Under the pieces are notes generated by a model. It was not told the origin of the DNA. It worked only from the letters and a program-made list of their open reading frames with translations, and did no database searches. The position numbers were made by a program, and so were the translations under genes. Of a stretch of DNA of 64,000 nt, positions 54,057-64,000 are shown piece after piece (positions within the stretch are counted from its first letter, which is position 1; each line of letters opens with the position of its first letter). The stretch is taken from the NCBI RefSeq assembly GCF_028641065.1, contig NC_073382.1:23312001-23376000 (forward strand), in the 5' to 3' direction. Source of the DNA: Leucoraja erinacea (Eukaryota).

Positions 54057-56420
54057 GACATGGATGCACCCTGAAGTGACTCTTTTTCACGTCAAGAAGA
54101 TGTTATTGTCCAAACAAAACTCCAGCTACTGTTTATGTAAACCTTACTGCCGGACAATTTTTTTTCCCCTCCAAGTAAAGGAGGTTTGAATGAAATGCAT
54201 AACCTTGCTTTAAGTTTTGAAAACTGGAACTTTGTATATTTTGTACATACTCAGTGGGACTTGGGAACTGTGTTGAATAAGCAAGATTAATGAAATTTAT
54301 AATAGGGATTGATTTATCTGATTATTTTAAATTTACTGTATGTTAAACTAAGCTCTCGTCCATTTCATAGACACACTTGCACTACAGTGTAGATGCTAAT
54401 ACTGTTATTTACGACTGCCAAGTTTGCAGCATTAAAGTTTCTCTAATGTTTTGACCAAAGCACTGTATGGTCTTGGCAGTGTTTAGTAAATGGAGCTGAC
54501 GACATTGGGTAAAGAGGGCACAATGTGGGCTAACACAGCTAATATTATCTACTGAATACAGAAAGGGAATTCAACCTCAATACTTGAGGTAATTGAACCA
54601 CTTTATGGAAGTATATCAGCAGGATGTGGGTGTTGAATTTAACTGTACAACTACAAATGGTTGCCTTGGCTGAGTCAGCTTACCTGAGCTTAATGAGGCA
54701 ATAACACAGAATCAGCATTTTATTTTGAGTGCTTTTATGTTGCTTTCTGCGAAAACCAACTGCCTTTGAGATTTTTGAAGAGCTGGCCTGCACTGGTCCT
54801 GCAAAGCCATGTTCTCTTATTCTCTTCCTCTGCCATATTCTTACATGGCACTAACTGGAGGAAAAAACTTTGGGTCTTGCTTGCCAAATTCCTGACAATC
54901 AGGAAACTGCTTCTCTGGTTCAAAACCTCAATTTGCAGGAGCTTTTACTTTTCAATTCCAAGTGTGATTAGGGATGCAATTACTTGTCTGACTCTGTTAA
55001 CCCTCCAGCTTCAACATCACTGCGAGGTGATAAGTAGTGTATAAATATGCCCAAAAATATCCTCTATGTGGATTGGAAATTAGCAAAGCCTTATGGAATT
55101 GGATTAATTCTCAAGAGGCTGACTCGTGAGTTTATAGTTATTTTAGCACTCCATTCCACTTTAAAACTACTGCTGCAATAAAGGTATTTATATTTGTGTG
55201 TGTGTGTGTATATATATAAATATATATATACTGTACAGACAGTGGCACTGACACTGAGTAGAACGCCTCATACTGCACTCAAAATAGGAGATCTATTCTA
55301 TTGTGTTTTATTAAAGATTTTTTTGTAATAAAGAACAATTTGACATGACTTTTTTTCTGATAAACCTCTGTCTTGTTAGAAGCCTAGTTGGATTGTTAAG
55401 AATTAAGTTTAAATGTAGCTTGACACAGGATGTTGGATTAATTTTGTGTGCAGAAAGATTCAGAGCAACATTATCTCTTTTTTGCATATTGTGGCAGTCC
55501 TATCCAAAGAAAATTATGGTCTCTATTGTACAGAATTCCTAATCCAATCACTTTTTTTTTTTTTCCAACAATTTGAAAGAAAACGGGGAAAGACTACAGT
55601 TTGCTTTTTAAACTGTTTAATTATTATAGTATAATTGTTCATTTGTGGTTTAAAAAAAATTCTAGTTAAGTGGGAATTTCAGAGGTATGGATGTTATCAA
55701 TAGACAATAGGTGCAGGAGTAGGCCATTCAGCCCTTTGAGCCAGCACCGGCATTCACTGTGATCATGGCTAATCATCTCCTTCCTGTTCCCTGTTCCTGC
55801 CTTCTCCCTATATCCCTTGACTCCGCTATCTTTAAGAGGTCTATCTAACTCTCTCTTGATAGCATCCAGAGAATTACTCCAGGTGTGGTCTTGTTATGGC
55901 TCTGTACAACTGCAGAAGGACCTTTGCTCCTATTCTCAACTCCTCTTGTTATGAAGACCAACATGCTAATCAATAAAGGGCTAACTAATTGCAAGAAGTT
56001 GTTTGAAACCAAAGGCTAACCTCTACTTGGCTCTGATTTTGTAACACAAAAGAAATGTTGGTACAGGTAATTGGTAATTCCACTTTTATTTATTTCTAAT
56101 CATAAAATTGTTTTTTTAATTTTACAAACCTGATAAATTATCGCATTCTTCTGTGCGACAGCATTGCCAAGAGCAGTTGGCAATGATAAGGTATAAAGAA
56201 TGGTTGAGGATGTATATAATTTTTTAAATGCTGCAACGGTTATACTTTGAACAGCTGAGATAAAGTGTCTTTTTAATTTGGCACAACTGTTTGGCATTGT
56301 ATTTCCTTTAAGTTGTAGTTATATTGCGTTTTACAATCTGCATTACATAAAATGAGCTTTCTTTTGAGAGGGGCACATGTTTAAAAAAAATCTGTAATAA
56401 ATTGTTTTAAAAGAACCCCA
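54057..56420 (+). other. 3'UTR with alternative polyadenylation signals
   Basis: AT-rich unique sequence after the stop. AATAAA at 55177 (followed by a TG-rich tract), 55327, 55972 and 56396. True end unknown. Confidence 0.55.
55697..55965 (-). mobile_element. CR1 3' tail fragment
   Basis: Same CAATAGACAATAGGTGCAGGAGTAGGCC... tail as at 4662 and 17311. Confidence 0.8.
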
Positions 56421-56519
56421 TTTCCTTGCCTATTCATTAACATTTTACAGTAAGTTTATTCTGAAAGGTAGAAAAAGATTCTGAAAGCTCCTAAAGGAAC
56501 TGAAAATAAAATTGATTCG

Positions 56520-57590
56520 AGGATAATGCGCTATACAGTATGCTTGCCTTCATTGGTTGTGGCATTGAATATAAGAGTTAGGAAGTCATTAAGCAACTTT
56601 ATGGGGCTTTGCTGAGGTCATATTTGCAATCAGTTCTAGTCACCCCATTACTGGAAGGTTGTGGAGGCTTTGCAGGGTGCAAAAGAGGTTTACTACCTGG
56701 ACCTACCTGATCTCCTGGTTGCCAAACACTTTAAATCCCCTTCCCATTCCCACACTGACCTTTCTGCCCCAGGCCTTCTCCTTTGTCACAGTGAGGCTAA
56801 ATGCAAATTGGAGGAACAGCACCTCATATTTTGCTTACAACCCAGTGGTATGAATATTTATTTCTCTAACATCAAGCAGCCCCTGCATTCCCTCTCTCTC
56901 CATCCCTCCGCCACCCAAGTTGCACCAGCTTCTCGTTCTTGCCCAACAAACAGCTAACAATGGCTGTTTCTTTTATCATTGTTACTTTTTTGCATATCTT
57001 TCATATATTTGTTCTATATCTCTCTACATCACCATCTATGTCTCTTGTTTCCCTTTGCCCCTGACTCTGTCTGAAGGTCTTGACCCAAAACGTCACCCAT
57101 TCCTTCTCTCCAGAGATGCTGCCTGTCCTGCTGAGTTATTCCAGCATTTTGTGTTCACCTGAATGGTGCCAGGATTAGTGGGTATTAGTTATAAGGAGAG
57201 GTTGGACAGATTTAGATTGTTTTCTCTGAAACATTGGAGATTGAGGAGAGACCTGATAAAAGTAAGAGAGGCATCGATAGGGACACGGTCAGACCATTTT
57301 CTCAAGGTGGATATATCAAAGACTAGAAGGTGTAGCTTTAAGGTGAGCGAGGCCAAGTATAAAAAAAAGTATGGAGCAAGTTTTTTTTAAACAGTGTGGT
57401 GGGTGCCCAGAGTGCATTACAAGGGTGGTGATGGACGAAGATACTATAGTGGCATTTAAGTGGGTTTTGGATATGTAGGGAGTGGAGGGATTTAGATCAC
57501 GAGCAACCAGATGAAATTAGTTTATCTTGGCATCATGGGCAGCATAGTCACTATGGGGCAAAGGACCTGTTCCTGTGCTTTACTGTTCCA
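56520..57590 (+). mobile_element. Degraded CR1 interrupted by a Penelope-like fragment (~56693-57160)
   Basis: The CR1 frame ...VQKRFT breaks at about 56692 and resumes as MVPGLVGISYKERL at 57163. The insert encodes DLLVAKHFKSPSHS...KLEEQHLIF. Confidence 0.75.
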
Positions 57591-60259
57591 TCTTTGACCC
57601 AAAGTGTTAACTCTGTTTCTCCCTTCACAGATACCATCTTGAATTGGACTTCAATATGATCATGGCTGATCATCCAACTCAGTATCCCGTACCTGGGTAT
57701 GGAGAGAAGGCAGGTACAGGATACTGAGTTGGATGATCAGCCATGATCATATTGAATGGCGGTGCAGGCTCGAAGGGCCGAATGGCCTACTCCTGCACCT
57801 ATTTTCTATGTTTCTATGATACTAGTTGGCTTGTTGGTTATTTCCAGCATTTTCCATTTCTGATTTCAAACTTCCCAATATCTGTAGTTTTTCTTAAAAA
57901 AGGGAAATCATTTCATAACCACGCGTGTGACATGCAGTTAATTACAGATGCAGCAACCGAACCAAGGTTGCTTGGTCTATAATTTTATTGATAACTAGCT
58001 CATTTGCAATATAAAATGATTGGGTGGATGTGGTGTCATCAAGGGGTGGGGAAGAAGTTTGAGCTTGAGACTGAATTTTGAATGGGGAATACATTTTTTT
58101 GGTTATTACTGATTTGTGCATTAGCATAATTGACAGAGGACTAAGTCAAAAGCATGGGCACTTTTCCAACTTTCCATATAATATTTGTACAGGTATAGAA
58201 GTTTAAAAATGCATTTTCAGTTTGGGGACGGTTTCTTCCCAGCTGTTATCAGGTGACTGATTGGTCATCTCTCCAGCTAGAGAATGGTTCAAACCTTCCG
58301 TCTACCTCATTACAGACCTTTGAACCATCTTGAATTGGACTTCATTGAACTTTATCTTGTGCTAAACATACCCTTTATCCTAAATGTGTACACTGTGGAC
58401 AGCTTGGTTGTCAGCATGTGTAGTCTTTTCAATGACTGGATAGCATGCAACAAAACATTTTCCACTCTACTTTGGTACACGTGACAATAAACTAAAGTAA
58501 GAACATTAATAGATTAAGTATAATTATCACACCATAAATGAAATGGTTAGAAATGTATAGTCCAATTTCACAACTAGGACACTTTTAATTGGAAATAATG
58601 GGTACTGTGATTTATTCTGGGTAAAATCAAAATTGTGTTTGGTTCTTAAAACTAGAACTATAGCAACTCAGTGATGGCAACCTTGGAAAATTTGCAAATT
58701 CACATTAGTGGAGCTCTAGCTAGGATTGTGTGTTGCTGTTTTATTTTTAAGAGCTAAGGAATTCAATTTTAATTTGGCCAAAATAAATTTCTCTGTTCAG
58801 CGTCTGTCCTTGTGGACCATAAAGTTTCTGTTCATAACCTGCACACGCATAATCGGGAGAAGTTTCCACTCCCTCAATGCAGGTGGTTTGGATCCTTAGA
58901 AGAATTTACAGTTGCTTATAAAGCACATGACTGCCTCCTTCTAAGGAACTTGTATTGGTGGACGGTTTCAGTGGCTGGCAACCACTAGAAGGGAATTACA
59001 GCAGCTGAGCATAGCTACAACAGGAGCCAGACAGGCACCAAGCCATTGAGTCTGATGAAGGGTCTCGACCCGAAACGTCGCCTCTTTTATCCAGCGATGC
59101 TGCCTGACCTGACGAAATACTCCAGCATTTTGTGTCTATCTTTGGTGAAAACCAGCATCTGCAGTTCCTTCTTACACGAGTGCCAAGTCATTACTGCCTT
59201 ACCCCCATTAATGCTCAACCATCTGGATGAACCTTACAGATGTGGAGATTGTTGCGTTCTGCACACTCCATAGCCCTAGCGGTGGAAGATGAATAAGGAT
59301 AGTGACAATAAGCCTGTAGAGCTGGAGGTAGGCATGGACTCTGGTGGGTATCCCTGGCCAATATCTACAGTCCCATCTCCAACTCAGTACAAAGGGAACT
59401 CTCTCAATGGGGAAGCATTTTGTCGCAAGCCTGCACCTTGGCAAACAGCAAGGAACCCCAATTACCAGTTGTTATAAAACAACACCAGTAATCAAGCGGG
59501 GAGGCCCACATGACATAATATTCTCTTACATCTTGTTTTGCAAATTTACTTGCACTGATTAAAACACTTTGATGTATGAATCCCAGATTGCATTACCAAA
59601 TGGCTTGCTGCAACATCTCTATTCCCTGATTAGTGGTACTTTAATGAAAGAACTCTGATCTCTGACTAAAATGAATTTTCTCAATGGTTCAATCCTGCCT
59701 CATTGTCATGTGTGCAAACGCACAGTGAAATTATTTTCTTACGAACAGTTCAGTGGAGTATTAACAGACCTAAGCACAATCCCGCAATTAACAAAGTTTA
59801 CAGAAATAATCCACTGGGCCCGCATGCACGTTTTAGTGCCATTGTCATAGTGCCAAAATCCAGTCCACGCTCTAGTTCTTATCAGCTGTGCCCAATGCAG
59901 GCAAGCCGCTGTGGGGCTCCAGCCATTGCCTTCCTTGGATGTGTGGATGTGTGGATCACCCTACGGACTGACATTCCTCTCCTCGCCCGTCCACCTTTGT
60001 GCCCTGGAGGCTCCTCCCATAGATGACCTTGTAGGCTAGACCCCGGTTCTCTCTCCTACCGGCCTTGCTCTTTGCCTGTCGTGTCTGTCATTGTCACCAA
60101 CTCCATTCTCCCGGTCTGCTCGGCGGCTCCCCCTTTACCGACTTCCCCCTTCACCGCTGGGTCTCAGTATTTATTTTTTTTAACCAAAAATAATTTAATC
60201 AATTATTAACAATAATATTTACAGTACAAAATCCGCAACGCATCTAAACTAAAACTAAG

Positions 60260-60800
60260 AACCAAGCCACGGTGTTTTGTGTACTACCAGGGAAATCATA
60301 CCATACATGAATACACCAGGTAGTGCAAAAGAGAAAATAAACAGTGTGGAGAATATAATGTTATAGATGGTGAGAAAGTGCAGATTAAAAAAAGGTGAAA
60401 GGGCCTAAATGAGATTGATTGGGAGATTGGGAATACATCCATGTGAGAGGCCCTGTCAAGAGTTTGATAATTGTGGGGAAGAAGCTGTTCTTGAATTTGG
60501 ACGTATGCGCTTTCAAGCTTTTGCACCTTCTACCCAACGGGAAGGGGGAGTATAAGACCGGGGGTGAGCGGTCCTCGATTATGTTGGCTGCTTTCCAGAG
60601 ACAGCATGAAATGTTGATGGAGTCAATGTTTTTGTGATGGACTGGGCTACATTGACATCTCTCTGTAATTTCTTGCAGTCTTGGACAGAATAGTTTCCAA
60701 ACCAGCAGTGGTGCACCGGATAGGATGCTTTCTCTGGTGCAAGTGTAGAAATAGGTGAGAGGCATTGGAGACATGCCTAATTTCCCTTGTCTTCTGGCAG
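60260..60800 (-). mobile_element. Degraded Rex1/Babar-like LINE 3' fragment
   Basis: FYTCTRESILSG...HTSKFKNSFFPTIIKLL. Confidence 0.7.
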
Positions 60801-60891
60801 AGACATTGATTTCTTGGCCACAGCATCAATATCAGGTGAAAGTGAGAGCTCTCTCCTCTCTGGCAACCCCAGACAGCTCCATGGTAGCCAA

Positions 60892-61988
60892 GGTTACACA
60901 AAAAAGCTGGAGAAACTCAGCGGGTGCAGCAGCATCTATGGAGCGAAGGAAATAGGCAACGTTTCGGGCCAAAACCCTTCTTCAGACTGATCGGGGGCGG
61001 GGGTGGGTGGGGACAAGAAAGGGAAAAGGAGGAGGAGCCCGAAGGCTGGGGGATGGGAGGAGACAGCAGGGGGGCTGAGGAAGGGGAGGAGACAGCAAGG
61101 ACTAACAAAATTGGGAGAATTCGATGTTCATGCCCCCGGGGTGCAGACTCCCCAAACGGAATATGAGGTGCTGTTCCTCCAATTTCCGGTGCTGCTCGTT
61201 GTGGCCATGGAGGAGACCCAGGACAGAGAGGTCGGAGACGGAGTGGGAGGGGGAGTTGAAGTGCTGAGCCACCGGGAGGTCAGCTTGGTTATTGTGGACC
61301 GAGCGGAGGTGTTCGGCGAAACGATTGCCCAACCTCCGCTTGGTCTCACCGATATAGATCTGCTGACATCTAGAGCAGCGGACGCAATAGATGAGGTTGG
61401 AAGAGATGCAGGTAAACCTCTGTCGCACCTGGAACGATTGCTTGGGTCCTTGAACGGAGTCGAGGGGGGAGGTAAAGGGACAAGTGTTGCATCTCTTGCG
61501 GTTGCAAGGGAAAGTGGGCGATCGTTTCGCCGAACACCTCCGCTCGGTCCGCAATAACCAAGCTGACCTCCCGGTGGCTCAGCACTTCAACTCCCCCTCC
61601 CACTCCGTCTCCGACCTCTCTGTCCTGGGTCTCCTCCATGGCCACAGCGAGCAGCACCGGAAATTGGAGGAACAGCACCTCATATTCCGTTTGGGGAGTC
61701 TGCATCCCGGGGGAATGAACATCGAATTCTCCCAATTTTGTTAGTCCTTGCTGTCTCCTCCCCTTCCTCAGCCCCCCTGCTGTCTCCTCCCATCCCCCAG
61801 CCTTCGGGCTCCTCCTCCTTTTCCCTTTCTTGTCCCCACCCACCCCCGCCCCCGATCAGTCTGAAGAAGGGTTTCGGCCCGAAACGTTGCCTATTTCCTT
61901 CGCTCCATAGATGCTGCTGCACCCGCTGAGTTTCTCCAGCTTTTTTGTGTAACCTTTGATTCTCCAGCATCTGCAGTTCCCTCTTAAA
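60892..61988. mobile_element. Young Penelope-like (Neptune-type) insertion: two 5'-truncated copies in inverted orientation, 15-bp TSD
   Basis: Minus ORF PCNRKRCNTCPF...IYCVRCSRCQQIYIGETKRRLGNRFAEH (GIY-YIG). Inverted arms 60890-61331 and 61515-61956. CTCCATGGTAGCCAA at 60877-60891 and 61989-62003. Confidence 0.93.
61861..61889 (+). ncRNA. Minimal hammerhead-ribozyme-like motif in the Penelope terminal repeat (representative copy)
   Basis: CTGAAGA-A-GGG(tttcgg)CCC-GAAA-CGTT: core CUGANGA, short stem II, GAAA, palindromic AACGTT. Stem I not confidently identified. Confidence 0.5.
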
Positions 61989-63889
61989 CTCCATGGTAGC
62001 CAAAGTGTGTGTGCTTCTGTGCAGTTGTCATGGGGAGTGTTCCTTTAAATGCTGTTGCCCTTCTTTGATTATTGTCTTATAAAATGTCAGGAATGTTGCT
62101 TATTGAACATGCATCGATTGGGAAATCTTGTTTCATTGATTGTTTACTCGCTATGACTAGCAGGAGCCTTTCAGCCCACTGAGTCCATGCTGGTTCCCAG
62201 CAGAGCAATCCTATCAGTACCATTCCCTCTCTCCTTACTGCCCTATACCACTGCAACACTCTTTCACATGCTCATTTTCTCCCTTTGATTATTTTTGCCT
62301 GGGCTGCGCAGCACTTTACAATAGCCAATTGACCTGCGATATATTTTAGGTCAGTGAAGAAACCAGAACACTGTAGGAAACCCAGACAGTCACGGGGAGA
62401 TCATGTAAACTCCACACAGGCAGCACCTTACGGAGGGGGGGTCAGGATTAACCCGGGTTCCTGGAAGTGCGAGGCAGCAGCATTATGTCGAAGTCAACTT
62501 TTTAATAAGACTCAAGGACTCTTATGATTAACCATCAGCAGTGAGTTTTACTTGCACAGGGGGAGAAGTGTCTCAGACAAAGACTGTGATCACAACTCCA
62601 TAGTTAAGTCGGTACAGCAGGACAACTATACACCAAAAAGATGACAACTGAGGAAGTACAAAGGTGAGGTAGATTGATGTGTTAATTATACAATCTATAC
62701 TACTTTTACCCAAAAGTCGTGAATTCTTGGTTCCGCACGCATCAGATTACAAAGGTAAAGGTGCGTCACATGTTAATACCTGACACTAGATTGAGGCTTC
62801 TCGGTTCTGCATGAAACGGGATACAAAGATAATGACAGTGAATGTCTTACTAGCAAATACCGGCTGGTGGCTTCTCAATGCCGCATGTGTCAATGTAAGG
62901 ACAATCTTCGAGGTAAGAAAATACTGCTTTCAAAACTAGTAACTAGGTGTATTTATGGTTCATTTGTACAAAACCATCATAATTTTGTTGGTTTTATTGC
63001 TTTATGCTTCGGAACATATAACTGTTATACCAGTGTCTCGAACTAACTGCTGTGTTCAGTAGACATAATATTGCTTTAAGTGATTGGTGTGCTTGTTAAG
63101 AACTTCGGCAAACAAATTTTTACAGTTTTCTGTGATATATTTGGTTTTGTTCACTTCTTGCGGTATACTAATGTAACTTTATCAATGGCAGTATGTAGGA
63201 CATCGGCAGAAGGTGTGGTGATCATTCAGGTCGCTTTGTGTTTTATGTTTTTAACTCAGCTGAAAATAAACAAACTGCTGAAAGACTTTCGCTCTCGCTA
63301 CTGCCGTTCCAGTGTCAACCCTTGTGGGTCCATCATTTACGTACCGCTGGAAATAAAATCTTGCCCCACACTACTCCACTCTCTTTCTCACACTCCTCAT
63401 GAACAGCCACCCGCTACAATAGGCGGAATGGTCCTTTCTTTCGTTAATCCTGCCCACAGTCTCTGATGGGGCCGGTTTCCCAGACTAAACTGTGACCGGC
63501 CACATTTAACCACAGCTCTGGGAACTCGGCATCTGATGGGGACTAGAAAGGTTCCAGAGGGAAGGCAGGAACAACTTGACAGCAGAGTGCCTTTGTTAAT
63601 GGATTCATTCTACAGTGAGTTCAGTTTGGAAAGAACACACGCAGGTAGATCCGCAGCCACTGGTTCAGGAGATCGATCCAATTATTGACCAACAGGCCGT
63701 GGAATCTGTCTGTGACAGACTCCACAGTGAGACGTGTCCACAGGAGAGGGTGTTCACTCTGATCAATATCTCAGGCACAGTGAACTTCACAACGTAAAAC
63801 CATCCCAGTCAAAACCGTTCCGGAGAGCTGCCTTGCCTGAGCACTGGGACAACTCTAGGCAAGAACAACATTCTAGTCTCGAAAAAAAA

Positions 63890-63961
63890 AACGCTTGCGG
63901 GCCGGATGATTTGGGGTCATGGGCCGGATCCGGCCCGTGGACCGTGGGTTGCCAACCCCTG
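63890..63961 (-). mobile_element. hAT-like MITE end
   Basis: Minus strand begins CAGGGGTTGGCAACC, followed by the GGGCCGGATCCGGCCC palindrome typical of hAT subtermini. Partner end not found. Confidence 0.55.
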
Positions 63962-64000
63962 CCTTAACGGTACATTCGCACCGCCTGTAGGTAAAGCATC

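Noticed and set aside
61102-61554. Bacterial UvrC or homing endonuclease acquired by horizontal transfer
   Set aside because: The GIY-YIG ORF is multi-copy, truncated, tied to a terminal repeat and TSDs, which fits a Penelope-like retroelement.
63080-63967. Exons of a neighbouring gene
   Set aside because: Short ORFs with no motif I recognise and no consistent splice-compatible frame in the segments I translated. Cannot be excluded without RNA-seq or a homology search.

Overview
Eukaryotic vertebrate genomic DNA, about 40% GC and rich in repeats. It is most likely from a cartilaginous fish (skate/ray-like); this is inferred from the mix of CR1/HER1-type LINEs, HE1-like tRNA-derived SINEs and abundant Penelope-like elements. 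I can support one protein-coding gene: a 4-exon Kruppel-like factor 5 (KLF5 or a KLF5-like paralog) on the + strand, with CDS 11769-11924, 26156-27017, 33963-34022 and 53878-54056 (1257 nt, 418 aa). All introns are GT-AG with compatible phases. The gene has a CpG-island promoter, candidate uORFs, and a 3'UTR with miR-145 seed sites. The rest is mostly transposon debris (CR1, L2, Rex1/Babar, RTE, Tc1, hAT-like, Harbinger-like MITE, SINEs). The most striking non-genic signal is a GIY-YIG (Neptune-like) Penelope-like element family. Its terminal repeat carries a minimal hammerhead-ribozyme-like motif. It occurs as a near-perfect 442-bp inverted-repeat insertion and as many tiny non-coding hairpin insertions with a shared end and recurring 13-16 bp target-site duplications, several of them inside KLF5 introns. 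No prokaryotic system, CRISPR array, rRNA or bona fide tRNA was seen. Repeat boundaries were read by eye and are approximate.
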